DNA of 59,512 nt, filler included, from Circinaria calcarea (lineage: Eukaryota), in the NCBI GenBank assembly GCA_051942165.1. It is 7 parts of 7 records of this genome, joined end to end, with 100 filler letters (N's around TTAATTAATTAA, not from the genome) between each part and the next. Parts side by side here need not be neighbours in the genome. Positions count along the whole stretch, not along the records: positions 25,567 to 33,983 come from JAVECS010001119.1; positions 34,084 to 42,497 come from JAVECS010001120.1; 5 more parts are not named here. One strand, written 5' to 3'. The translations under genes were made by a program, and so were the position numbers. The notes under the pieces are model-generated. The model had not been told where the DNA came from. It searched no databases and saw nothing but the letters and a program-made list of their open reading frames with translations. Positions 25,567 to 37,607 of this stretch are shown here, piece after piece; positions within the stretch are counted from its first letter, which is position 1; every line of letters starts with the position of its first letter.

Positions 25567-26442
25567 TCCCGACGGGCTTCGCGCTGGGAAGCGAGCTCAG
25601 CGATAAGAAGATCCACGTCCCGGTTGCCGCTGGCATTGGCATTGGTATTGGTATTGGTATTGGAATTGGAATTGGCGACGTCGGTCATATTGCTGACTGC
25701 GCTGGCAGTGCTGGCAGCTCGTTCCCGAGCGCGAGCGCGGCTTTCTTGTTCGATTTGTTCCAGGCGGGCCCAGTCTTGTTGTTCTCGGGCTTCCCTTCGT
25801 GCCCGTCGGCGTTCCTCTCGCTCCGCTTGTTCGCGACGGCGCGCTTGGCGGATGGCAAATAAAGTTTCCATCTCCTCTTCTCGCTGGGCTTCGACCTCAG
25901 CTTCCGTTTCGGGAAACTCGACTACCGTATCCACTCCTCCCCTTTCGCCTTCCCGCGCGATGAGTTGTTCGGAAGGAAGAGGGGCCACACGGTAGGGAGG
26001 AAGGGTTATAATCGAGCGAACCGAGATGCGACGGTCCACATCGAGGCTGGTGGACGAGGTAGGGACTTCGGTCGAGCCGGAAGGGGCATAGGACGTTGAT
26101 GTGGATTCCAGAGGGGTGTCGCGAGTGTGCGTGGACGGCGGTTTGGCAATGCGGCCATAGCTACCGGTGGAGCGCCAAGCTCGCCATTTGGATTTCAGGA
26201 AGGCTGTTGGGATGTACTTTGGTTCGGGATGTTTGGAACGGAAAACGATCAGGTAGAGATACAGGACGATCAAAACGACAAGCACGGAAATGCCTCCGAA
26301 AACGCCCTATCATATGATAAATCAGCAATAATCCAGTGCAAGTACGAATGATGGGGTCAGATACGACGAGCAGTCCTACTTTGTCCTGAGTGCTGAAGTC
26401 AGGCTGATCCGTTGTGTTCCTCGCTCCCAATGGCAGGTACAT
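25567..26442 (-). CDS. Single-pass membrane protein of unknown function, 3' end cut by gap
   Basis: Hydrophobic helix VLVVLIVLYLYLIVF, then SVRSIITLPPY and IAREGERGGVDTVVEFPET and an Arg/Glu coiled coil. Probable short first exon from 26442. Confidence 0.7.
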
Positions 26443-28278
26443 TGTCGCTTTGGGACGGAGAACAAATCACGTGGGAAGCAAATCGTCCGATCTTAAAAGA
26501 CTGCAAAGATATTTTCTGATGACAAGCTCGACGAGCCGCGAGGCTTTGCATCCGCAAAACTCGCGTCTCCGTCTGAAGATGCAAGAAATTCCAAGTTGGT
26601 AGAATTTGGCCTTCGTCCCTCACCTGAAGCTGACGACCTCTCGGAAGGGGGGCTGAAAATTAAACGGCGTCTAACGAAAAGGGCACAGTTGATCGATTAT
26701 TCCTTCGACTGGTCGGTCGTCGGTCGTCCGCCGTTTTGTGGCCGTGTGCGAAAGGCTAAACTTATGTACTGTGATAGTGTTACCTTACGCTCCAGGCAGG
26801 TTTTAATTAGATACATGGTCGACGATGACGGCCGGGTTTCCTGTTGATCACTGTCCATCACCCATGGTCCCCTTGAGAAAAGCTTCCATTTCAAGCGCCC
26901 TACTAACCCAAAAGCATCGGTAGTCCACCGACGGAAGAGCGGGGATCAATTCACCGATCCAAGAATGACCCACCATTCGGTTAGCCCCCGATAAGACTGA
27001 TCGCCCAAAGGCCCGGACGAAAGGTACGTATGCTCTCCCGTTCCATTGGTGTCCCACCGGTACGATCAGCAAGATCGGGAAGGCAATGGATCTGGGGATA
27101 GAGGCCTCAATTGATACAGCCCCCGGAAGCAGGACGAATGCAAGAGAGGTTACCCGTTAAACGTGGTAATGCATGCCCGCGGTATTTTTAGCAGTATTGC
27201 CATATGATTGGCTTCCTACATTACAGGCAACCTCCAAGGCCTCTACGTGATAATAGGGAATTCGGACGGAGAAAGGTCGTAAAGTACACTTGGAATAGTT
27301 CTGTGTGCACGGTGCTTGTCGAAATGTACCGACCTCTCTATGATGACTACACTGCCCACAATGATAATACATCGTCTGGGGGGTGGTTGCCCAGACCTCA
27401 GAGGTGCCTGGCTACACACACCTATTCCATCTCATAGCAACTCCTTCCTCAACGGCTAAAGAGTTGTCCGCGCTAGCACCACAAAGCTGAGACTTCTCAG
27501 GCTTCTGGCGTCAAGATGGCCCATTCCGGAACACAGAAAAGGGCAGGTCCTCATCCTGTCAGCTTGGGGAATAGGCTTTGATCTTAGGTCCCAACTCTAT
27601 TTTTCGACGTCCTTTCATCATTTAAACCTTTACAGCTTGAGGCCATTCGGAAGTAGACCATCAGGAGCCATTCTAAACGAGAGGTAGTCTTCATCGATAT
27701 CTCTCCGGATGACTTGGTCCGCGAGGGTGCCCAGGCAGACGACGCTAGGCGACCCATACCTGAAACTTTGAAATCGAACCCATATTTGAAGGGGCTTGAA
27801 GTCCTGGGCCAGATTGGACCCATTTCAACATCGCTGGCAGGCTCAGTCTCCAAGAGCTCCAAGTCTCTGCATCCCTCTAGCAGCCACTGGTCCATATCTT
27901 ATCGAGGCGTTCTGTTACTTGGCTGAACCTGGACTCGCTGACGGACCTGAGGTTGATCAAAGGTGTAATCTCAGCAACATCGTCCAAACTGTGATTGGTG
28001 AATTAGTTATGAGTTGGGTGAAATCCAACTATCATCGTTGTTCACGATTCTTGGTGAGCTCTGTTAAGTTGGTCTGTAGGGCAAACCGTTTTGAAGTCGG
28101 ACCACTAGTGTAAATCAGAGACACTAGACATGACAGACGCCACGTGTGGCGTGATGACTTGGTAATAGACTCTTGTTATATTTTGATCGAAAGATTAAAA
28201 GGAATATCATTTCCTTTTTTCGAAGATGTAGAATGCAAGCTAGGCTGGATCGCATAAATATTAAGAGTGGGAGGGATT

Positions 28279-29832
28279 TCATTCCACATTCAGATAGTCG
28301 TCAATTTTAACCCTGGAGAAGAAGGATATGTGACCAAAATCCTGCGGCTGTAATCAGTATTACTATGTGAGAATGCAGAAAACAACCTTTCGTACCTCCC
28401 AATACTGTGCCAAGGAATTGTGCGAAATCATCAGTAGTTGCGAAGGTATGTACCTGTCTGCTATGTGTGAGTTCAAACCACGAGAGTTGAGTCTTCAATA
28501 ATGCCTACCATCCTTGAAACCTCTGACTGCAATATGACCCCAACTCTTAACGACTCTGGCGCCTTTAAACATTTGCTCGTCAGCAACACGAATGAGTCCA
28601 CCACGCCCAATGTCTTCAGCAACCCAGGTGTACTCGCCCCTCGGTACGTTTGGATCACCTGTCAGCTTGATGGCCTCTAAACGGCCGGTGCACCCAGGTG
28701 GATCCTCCTCCTCGGTTGGGTTGACAGCAGCACCCTCACCAGATGTATCGAGTAATAGTCCTGTGTCTGGATCTGTGAATGAGGGCCCTTCAGGTGGGAA
28801 AGGGATGATCCGTCTTGTTTCGTCAACGTCCCGTTGGGTAACAACCAGAAATTCACAACCGTGGCCCGCATAATCGCCGACCCATATGCCCTGCCAGGGT
28901 TTGCTTTCTGTAGGCGTATAACAGTCCGTAGGGAGTGTACTGAATGTCATCACATCTTCGCCCATCCTAACGCCCAAGCGTTGACCCGGACCTCTGAATT
29001 CCATCCACTTACGCATACGGAAGGTGGTGTCACTCATTTCTGATAGAGTCCGAGGACGATGGGCCTCACCCTTGAACAGAGTTGGGCTATCATTACGCAC
29101 ACGATGCGTAGCCGGTATGATGCTGGGCGGCCAAAGAGCCATACCAGGCATCTGCAACTCTGTCGGTATAGGCCGGCTTAGGAACAGTGTCGACCGTATT
29201 CCATGCGAGCTTCGATCTGGCGCTCCCTGCATGAGTATCTCTTGTTGCAAACGACCCCCAGGGCCATATTCACCTGGCCGTATCTTGACGACAGGATCGT
29301 CTAGGAAAAGTGAGATCTTCGGATTGAAGGTGTGTATAATGACCTCATTGTTCCGTTCCCACGTTTCGAAGGTGTGCGGCCCATGTTCAGCAAGAAGCCG
29401 GTAGGCCTCAATGCATCCCGTACGATGGTCATAACGTGCAAGTACCACCTGCCCAACCAAAGTGCTTCCGGTATGTGCCTTGTCCGAATACCAGATCTTG
29501 TGCTTCGGGAGGAACCAGTAGGGATGATGGGCTTCGTAAAGCTTCCGCCACGTATTGTAATGAAAGGGCTGTCTTGGAAGCACAAACAGGTTCTGCGCAA
29601 CGAACGCAGCCCATAAAAGGTCGTTTTCCGTATGAGAGCGCAGGAGATGACAGGTTGCCGACGTTGCAAGGAGCGCAGAGGGTGGTAGGTTCCTGAGGAT
29701 CTGATCAATGATCTCACTGGGCAGCTTCAGCAACGCGGAAATATCCGGGGTCGACTTGGGCATTGCGAGCTGTGGTTCCGGGGGAGTGCTCGTGGCGGAG
29801 GAGAGGGTTAAATAGTTCAGGAGCCTCTCCAT
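28279..29832 (-). CDS. F-box protein with FBXO31-like (cyclin D1-binding-type) C-terminal domain
   Basis: F-box LLKLPSEIIDQILRNL, then GIWVGDYAGHGCEFL and EAIKLTGDPNVPRGEYTW. Two short 3' exons DRYIPSQLLMISHNSLAQYWE and DFGHISFFSRVKIDDYLNVE*. Start uncertain (29832 or 29763). Confidence 0.85.
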
Positions 29833-30878
29833 TGTGCCGACCGAAAGCTCCACCTGCTGATCTTGGAGCTCCCGCCGTAACTCCGTATGGCGGCAACGAT
29901 GATGATGAGTAGACTGGCCTCGGCTTATCTTAGCGTATGCTTGTTCATGGGGGTGTTTCTCGAGCAGATGCAATTGGGAAGGTCGAGATTGAAGGGAACT
30001 TCCATCTTGAGTTCCACTAGGCGCATTGGGCGTATGGGCCCTCTGCGAAGAGAACGGATGTTGTGGTCGAGCGTTTATGAATGGTGCTGTAGGAGAGCAG
30101 TCGGGACGGTTGGTTGGTTCTCTTTCGGAAGGTGAGAGCAAGTTGAGGTTGAACGAGAACAATTCCAATCAGATTCCCTTTACGCTCGCACCGACATCGG
30201 GCAGAATGGTAAAAGCTCGAGGGACTGGTTTTATTCCCCTCTGCTCGTACGAACTATACAAGTTTCGACATAGGTACGCTCGCTAGCCCTTCTTACATTC
30301 CGCCCTCACCTTCTTCTTGGGGGATACTGCAGCCTGACTGCATAACGGCTCGGTAACATGATTAGCCTATGGGACCAGCACCCGACATGTTTCCGGGGAG
30401 CCAGGTCAGAGTACTCTCGAGAAATTCATTCACATGCTTATGACGGCAGCGACCAGAGCATAAATTCTTTGCAATGTAGCATGAGGCTAAAAGCAGTGTT
30501 TGCATGAGCGGAAAACTGTGCCCGATTTCCAGGCTCTAACGCCAGCCCTATGATAAATGAAAACCTCATATCCGCTGTTCCGGTGTAGTCTCGGATGCCG
30601 TAACAACCTTTTGCATGACATAGGCAAAAAAAAAAAACTCTAATAGGCGGGAGATGGCTAGCAGCTTGGCTAGATGTTGCCCTTAAAATGTGTGGAGCGG
30701 ACATAAATCCTCCTAAAGGCGTTTGTCCGTCATAACCGTTGCTGCCTGTTGACCATATGAACCATACTGAGGCTCAAATAAGTAAAACTCCTCCCCTTCC
30801 CTCTTGAACAATAACTCCTCTCCCCCTCACTTTCCACCGAAAGGCGTTTCTCACTTCCATTCACTCAGCCACCCAGAT

Positions 30879-32639
30879 TCAGATCAGAGGCAACTGGGAC
30901 GCTTCGGCTTTGCTCATCCCTTGTGGCTGAATGTCCGGATCGATCCCAATAACTTCTAATCGAGCGTGTCTATTCAGAAGCGCCAAAGCCTCTTCGTCCT
31001 GGAAAACATACTGGGTCGTCGTCCTCTCTATGTCCCCATCTTGCCTTTTCAGCTTGTGATGCTCTGTGATATCCTGCCATTTCGCGATTTTGTGATAAGC
31101 TTGATTTTTGCCTGTGGCGATATCGCCAATGAGCAACAGCCGAGACTTAAGAAACTGCAAACTGTCCGGCCATGCAAGGGAGCGTCGGCTGTGCCAGACA
31201 ATCTGCTTCCACTCATCATCTTGTAAAGTGTAGGGGTCCATACTCTGAAGCACTGAATTCGGTACCTCCATGTACAGTAGAGCCCCCAACCCATTCGATT
31301 TGAGGGCCGCCCACTTAGCGTATCTTACGCCTGTTGTTCTGTCCAACGTGAAATAGAGTAAAGGTGCCCTCCCTTGGAAGTCTGTAGGCCTAACGTATGC
31401 ATCCTGCGTTCGAAGATTATTCGCTTCCGTATTCTGATCACGTGCAAGGTTGATGAGTTCCTGATCTCCCCCACGCCACAATTTCGTGGTCCCTGGCGTG
31501 AAGTTCGGCGTTGCTATTCCAGTTTGCACATTAGGGATAGGATCCCTACCAGCAGAGAATGTCCCACCCGGCTTGCGCTGTCGTTGAGCCCTTGACGCCC
31601 TCTCTTTCATCAAGGCTCTGATGCGTGTCGTACTGGCCTGCTGCATGCCTAGTAACGAGCGAAATCTCATGGCGAATGTATCTCGTAACCAGTATTTAGC
31701 CGAAGCTGTCATCCGAAGGTCTGAGTATTCCGGAATCATGATAACATCGATTAACTCCTTAGAGATTCCAAGCTGGCGTAAAACGGCGTGCCAGTTGTCA
31801 GTCTCATCTTCAGCATCCACTTTAATGCTGCCTATATAGGCATCCGCCATTGTTTGGAATTCATCTGGGAAATCAGGATCTTTTGACAACTCCGCCCATC
31901 TGGTCCAAATGTTACCCGCAGCTTCCTCATCAAATCCCATGAATCTTAGAGTCTGTACGCTTTCAAGCTGCTCGGGTATATCAACAATGTAATCCGACGA
32001 ATAGCCACTGTCGTGGCTACTGCCACTTGATGCAGAAACAACTCGCGCATCACCCTGGGCGACATATTCCCCTTGAGCATTGTAGTGTATACCAGATGCA
32101 GTATTTGTATTCGTGAAACCAGTCTCCTGAAACTCATGCTCGGGAGCGGAAGGTGGGACAGCAGATACCTCTGTAATAGCCTTGACAATCTGCTCTTGTT
32201 GATCCTTGGTTGCGGTTTTCATGCCACGTTCAGAGGCCAAGAGTTGTACGTCCTCCAGTATCCCTTTCATCAAGTTCTGCACCTCAATTCCATTCCCATA
32301 TGCCTTGACTGCCTTATAGTATCGCTTCAACCCCGAGGTACCGTCTGTAGGCATGGCCTTTTGGAACATATCATCCAGCTTCTTGGCCTTCTTTTCGCAA
32401 GCCTCAACGACATGCTTCAACGCCTCACACGAATGTACATCAACATCTCCCCTATTGATATGTTGCTGTGTTGGACCCAAGATATTTTCGACGATTGGCA
32501 GTTGACTTGCGACCTCGCGAAAAGCTTCAGGAAGGCCTTGCGTATTTGTTGCGACGTCGTAAGCTTGCTTGATCCCATCGACAATTGAAATGATAGACGA
32601 AATCACCGCCGACACGGCAATAGCTTCGGCGCCTGACAT
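30879..32639 (-). CDS. SesA-like helical domain + sigma-type amyloid motif fused to a domain of unknown function with putative ADP-ribosyltransferase-like fold
   Basis: Uninterrupted 586-aa ORF. MSGAEAIAV..GLPEAFREVASQLPIV..VQNLMKGILEDVQLLA is SesA-type, followed by GFTNTNTASGIHYNAQGEYVAQGDAR and then LWRGG..DFQG..LYFT..EWKQIVWHSRR..LIGDIA..TQYVF. Confidence 0.8.
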   Translation of the reverse strand: MSGAEAIAVSAVISSIISIVDGIKQAYDVATNTQGLPEAFREVASQLPIVENILGPTQQHINRGDVDVHSCEALKHVVEACEKKAKKLDDMFQKAMPTDGTSGLKRYYKAVKAYGNGIEVQNLMKGILEDVQLLASERGMKTATKDQQEQIVKAITEVSAVPPSAPEHEFQETGFTNTNTASGIHYNAQGEYVAQGDARVVSASSGSSHDSGYSSDYIVDIPEQLESVQTLRFMGFDEEAAGNIWTRWAELSKDPDFPDEFQTMADAYIGSIKVDAEDETDNWHAVLRQLGISKELIDVIMIPEYSDLRMTASAKYWLRDTFAMRFRSLLGMQQASTTRIRALMKERASRAQRQRKPGGTFSAGRDPIPNVQTGIATPNFTPGTTKLWRGGDQELINLARDQNTEANNLRTQDAYVRPTDFQGRAPLLYFTLDRTTGVRYAKWAALKSNGLGALLYMEVPNSVLQSMDPYTLQDDEWKQIVWHSRRSLAWPDSLQFLKSRLLLIGDIATGKNQAYHKIAKWQDITEHHKLKRQDGDIERTTTQYVFQDEEALALLNRHARLEVIGIDPDIQPQGMSKAEASQLPLI

Positions 32640-33836
32640 AATGTGGTTGTGAGAGAAAGGTCCAAAGAGGGACGTCCTAGACAGTCCTATTAGCATCAAA
32701 GCGAAACACTCGAATGGGTACCTTTACAGGCAGTGTTCAACTGGGACTATTATAGATGTGAAGGTGTTGAGACTGAATCGTGGAAGATCAGCGGTGTAGC
32801 TACTTCGTCCGCCACTATCAAACCAAGTGAGGAAGGTCGTCACTTTATGCTTCAAGGACTAGTAAGAAAGGTAGAATGTGAGAAGGTGTCAGTGAGGATA
32901 GAGGATGGGCAATTATGAAATGCCAACGCTTGCGACTGAGCTTGATTGTGTCCTTATGTACTGAAGGTGCCAGCTAGGTTGAGATGTTGACTGACACCCC
33001 TCACTAGGTAGACAGACAGTGAGTGGTACTTAAGCAAGTCAATGAATTGTCAAGTGAAAGCTCGGCTCATCAGAATTTTCACGGAGTAAGTGATTGGGGG
33101 ACTACCTGCTAAATAGAATAGGCTACGAAGGCTATAAATGAGAGCAGTCTTTGCGCACGTTATTTCTTCTGTAGACCTTTGGGCTTTGCATATCATACCC
33201 GCCTGTATTACGGTATGCTGTCTCTGTGAATGTAGATAATACAGAGTAGCGCAAGAAGATTCACAACCCTCCTGCAATGTCTTCAAGACGGAACCCCAAA
33301 CAGTCGTCAGGCGCGCTGTCACGTGGGGATGTTCCTCCGACCAAATCCACTCGGCTTCTCATGCTTCTTCCCCCCCCCCCCCCATACAAAATGTCGCTCG
33401 GTCATGTACTTGGGATCAGGTGAACCTGCTGCTGACCTATTGAAATGACAAAATCCCTCGAAACGATTCTCGTCGAGGGAGTAGCTGCCTGGAGTTTGAA
33501 ACCGCAAGATCCAATCAATTTGTTTTCTCGACGCGAAGATCGCGTTTTCTTATCTTAGCGCTAACTTGGGGGGTTTTTGGACCGGGGGTGCTTCTGTTTG
33601 TTTACACTGTGTTGAGTTTTATATGGTAGCCTGCTGCCTACCACAAACACATGATTTGAGTCACGTATCATTACCGTGTTTCTCCCATATCCAATTCTTC
33701 TTCAATGAGAATCCTGTCAATTCTCCTACAACAGTCGAACTACGTGACTGGAATTATTCCTCTTCAAGCTTGAATGTAAACAAGCAGCAACGCTTTATTA
33801 CGTTTAATCCCTTCAACATCATATATTGGTTTGGAG

Positions 33837-33983
33837 ATGACCAAATCTATGCACCAGCTCACCCAAGACGACTTGGACGATGATAGACCCATCGCGGTGC
33901 GTCGAAAGAGGCGCATGAGCACAGCACTGGCGAGCCCCCATCGAGAAACTCAAGCCAACTCTTCTGATCGAGGAGCACCAAAT
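33837..33983 (+). CDS. Possible 5' fragment of a hypothetical protein cut by gap
   Basis: ATG-initiated frame open to the contig end, with protein-like DDDRPIAVRRKRR. Too short to assign. Confidence 0.35.
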
Positions 33984-34083
33984 NNNNNNNNNNNNNNNNN
34001 NNNNNNNNNNNNNNNNNNNNNNNNNNNTTAATTAATTAANNNNNNNNNNNNNNNNNNNNNNNNNNNNNNNNNNNNNNNNNNNN

Positions 34084-34435
34084 GAAGGTTTTGTTATACA
34101 TAAGTGTTTGTTGTATCCAGCCAACTTCGACTATGAGTCTCATATATACTCTCAGTAATAGCAAGACCAGCGCTCATTTGGGAATCCTTACCACGCGGAA
34201 GCGAATGCGTCCATTCTGGTATCAAGTTAACATCTCGTGAGATATTAACTCCCACCGCAAAACCTCCAAGCCCGACGATGGCAATTATAGTTAATAGAAG
34301 ACAAAATAGCAACCATCTGGTAGACTTGGTTAACGTGTCCAAAGTGTGGATCTGCTTCTCAATCGTCGTAGGATTCTCGTACTCGGAGGGAAGCCGTGAA
34401 TACCGGCTGGAACGAAAACATTTCAAGGATATCAT
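34084..34435 (-). CDS. Probable UstYa/DUF3328-family protein, N-terminal part only (cut by gap)
   Basis: YSRL motif and N-terminal TM helix. Intron 34131-34191 gives VEVGWIQQTLMYNKTF, resembling the DUF3328 N-terminal YNxTF segment. The HxxHC motifs would lie beyond the gap and are not seen. Confidence 0.6.
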
Positions 34436-35350
34436 ATCCAGATATCAAAAAATAGTTCAATGTGGTTGAATTTTGTATGAGACCAAAAATCATATAGTTC
34501 TGGCTCAGCTCCCAAACAGCCTATTATTCCACAAAGTTCAACCTAAGGCGCTGAAGCAGAATAGAATGAAAAAGTTATGGCTTTTTAGAGATAAAAGAAA
34601 AAGTCACGGCTGTTTCATTTCATGCCTTACAGAAGCTAACTTTTTCTAGGCGGGGGCTATCCGATCCTATGTACCTTGATTCGGCTACATGCAGGTGTGA
34701 CTCCTCGCCCTGAAAATCGCTGCGGCAGGCATTATTAACCTAGGAGTATGATGCCATGCACTCCGAAAGTACCACTCGCGGCAAGTATACTTTTAGGTCA
34801 CAGTCGTCAGACCCTAATTACGGCAGGTGCATCTCATGTTTTCATTATTTTCTCCCCTACCTCTTGCCGTTGTTGCATCGGTCGTTTCTTGGCGTTAAGC
34901 TCCAAATGCTGTGCGCGATCAGCATCATTGCCTAAATATGACGTAGTACGGAAACTCTACCGTTGTTTGAGAGTGTGTTCCTGATAGCTGTGCCGTTCAA
35001 GTATTGGAACAGCTAACATAGCACTGTGGTAATGCCTTAGAGCCCAAGACTAAGGTATGTGGGAGGCACGAGGGATACGATGGTTGTACGCATTCTATAC
35101 GAGAGCCTATCATTACAGAAGAAGATTTTCCCTATACGCCAAGACGCCAGTAAAGCGAGGTATCGCCACCCCTGAACATGCACGGCAACTGGCAAAGCCT
35201 AATAATGAGTCGCACTAACTGGGCCTGCCTGTTATGAGAACCATTTCAGCAAGCATCTATTGATATCGCAGCACTTCTTATTCATTTGATATTTTGCAAA
35301 GTTCTGATCTCTAAGTTCACTTCTACTGTTACCACCTATTCTGAACCACG

Positions 35351-36383
35351 ATGTATGAAGATAAGAATGATTCTGCTGCCCAATTATCTCTGGATGATAG
35401 CTCCGGCAATGACGAGGAAGGGCAATTGCTTGACTCGCTTGAAAATCCTCGAAGCATAACACACCTAAATCTTCAATCCAGAAAGAAGCGACCGATTAGC
35501 TGGTTATGGTTACTCCTCATATCTCACTCTTTTATGTTGTTAATTTACTACTCTACTTTTGTCTACCTCATAAGCAAGAGCACCAAATCTGAGAAGACTA
35601 TGGAGCTTATTCCATGTAAGGAGTGGACATTCAGTACCATCTGTTATTCTTTCTAACAAATTCAAAGTACCTGCGCGCAGTGCACTTCAGTGGGAGACTC
35701 GATATTTTCCAACCGACATCGTAAACAACTCCTTTGCTGGAGAGCCCCGTCCCGAATTGGAAGCTGCCTGGCACAACCTCTTGAGAAGTACAAGCATATT
35801 TGGGAGTTATGACGATCTCTGACTCACCATGCTATAGACGACAATATTCGAGTCGCCAACGCTGATCTTGACGCGCTCAACTTAACTACTGTATATCTTA
35901 AAGATAGCCCTTTCGGAGTTGCCTCGTTAGGTGTCTACCATGGTTTGCATTGCCTGGTACATCTAAATCCTCAAGGATATTTCACGCTGCTTACTGTGCA
36001 CAGAAAAAAGTGCGTCACATGGCCTACAAAGATCAGTACCACAAAGGAAAAGATGAACTCCAAATGTGGAGGGAGATGAAACACGTGGGTACGTTGCTTC
36101 AAGCTCTTTTGCTGGCAGCGCCAAACCACTGACCAAAAATCCCTCTGTAGATCATTGTATCGAGTATATCAGAGAAAGCTTAATGTGCAAGCCGGACTTG
36201 TCTCTGGTGACTTTCTTTTGGATCAACGAGACAGCTCAGCACACGGATGATTCCTCTGGGCTATATCCGTCTCAGAATGATGACGGTCTTCACGAATGTG
36301 CTCAATGGGATAGTATCAGCAAATGGGCTGGCGAGCGTGTGTTTGATCTTTCCCGCAGGGATCTGCTTCGCAAGCCTGTATAA
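35351..36383 (+). CDS. UstYa/DUF3328-family HxxHC oxidase
   Basis: N-terminal TM helix, FAGEPRPELEAAWHNLL, two HxxHC motifs (VYHGLHCL and spliced HVDHCIEYIRESLMC) and HECAQWDSISKWA. Confidence 0.92.
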
Positions 36384-36609
36384 ACGCTTTCCCAGGAAAG
36401 CCATAGAATAATGTAAAGGGTACAAAATTAATTAATGCAGTTTCTTGACAGCTTGGTTGGAATGCGTAGGGCTTACCGGGTCACGTGTCGTTTACGAATT
36501 TATGACGTCCACACCTCTCACACCCCGTAAAAGCTTTTCTATGTACCGTTACTTTAGTTTAGTCACGCACGGATAGCGTTATATGCATGCTATCACACAT
36601 GCTGATCAA

Positions 36610-36835
36610 CAAGCTTATGCAGAAGCACTGCCCGTTCTGGCACTTAGGTTGAGACTCTTGGCAATTTTGAGGCGTAACAACACGTCTCTTCAGCTTCGGC
36701 TTTCAGCCAATCGTCCTTCGTACACTCATCATCCAAAGCAAATACTACCTTATACCTTGAAGGCTTGTGCAGAAGTACTGCCCGTTCCAGGCTCTTAGGT
36801 TGAGACTCTCGGCAACCCTGAGGCGCAACCACAAC
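36610..36835. repeat. Imperfect direct duplication of about 75 bp (copies at about 36610 and 36760)
   Basis: gcagaagcactgcccgttctggcacttaggttgagactct versus gcagaagtactgcccgttccaggctcttaggttgagactct. Confidence 0.8.
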
Positions 36836-37338
36836 TTATAGCCGGACAAGCCATGCTCTAGCCTCTAAGAAACCTCGTCATCACGTTTCCGTTTGGCATG
36901 AGCTAAGGGTGTTTACCCCATAATCACATCATGGACAATTCGATCGGCTTTGGATAAATCCTCTGGAAGCCCATCATTATGCACAGCGCCGCCAGTAGTC
37001 CCGACAGTCCAGCTCAGCCCCCGGACTGTGATTGCCAGTCCGGTCCGGAGCGTGGTAGCCTGCCAGTACAATCTGTATTATCAGTCTGTTCGGGAATTAC
37101 GTACATGGGTAAATGACCTTGGTGAGCAAAAGCATTGACCCCGTTTACAAACCTCTGCCCTAGCATAATATATCTATATATGTAGAGACCGTAAACCATT
37201 CTCGGGACCCAGTGCTCGCACTTTCACCCATATTGCTGGTAACTCCTAACAAGCAATATCCACCACATACTCCAACCTATCTCGCCAATACACCAATCCG
37301 TAAAACCGCCAAAAGACACCCTTACGGTCAGGTCAATC

Positions 37339-37607
37339 ATGCATCTCCATCTCTCCCTCGTCTCCCTCATCCTTATAACCGCAACAAGCTTAGCGGTCCC
37401 CCTTCCGCACCGTAAGTCCCTTCCCAAGCATCAGCTTCACACCTCAGTCAGCTCATCAGTACTCCAGCAACTAACAACCTCGCTCTTGTCACGCCTCTAA
37501 ATGATCTCACGTCCCGCGCGGCCGAGCCCTTAGACGCCGACGACGAAGTGGTCTACCCGTCCGATCCCAAGTCCGCGCGCGTGTGGTATTATGCCCACAG
37601 GAACTGA
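37339..37607 (+). CDS. Small secreted peptide (70 aa), candidate RiPP precursor
   Basis: Exons 37339-37411 and 37468-37607 with intron gtaagt...tccag (56 nt). Product MHLHLSLVSLILITATSLAVPLPHPTNNLALVTPLNDLTSRAAEPLDADDEVVYPSDPKSARVWYYAHRN*. Confidence 0.7.

Noticed and set aside
29833..30168. N-terminal extension of the F-box ORF
   Set aside because: The track starts it at a non-ATG codon and the translation is low complexity, so it is more likely 5' UTR.
12568..32639. NLR + patatin + SesA-sigma gene as one immune gene cluster
   Set aside because: They lie on three different contigs joined by artificial linkers, and the NLR N-terminus shows no sigma-like motif.
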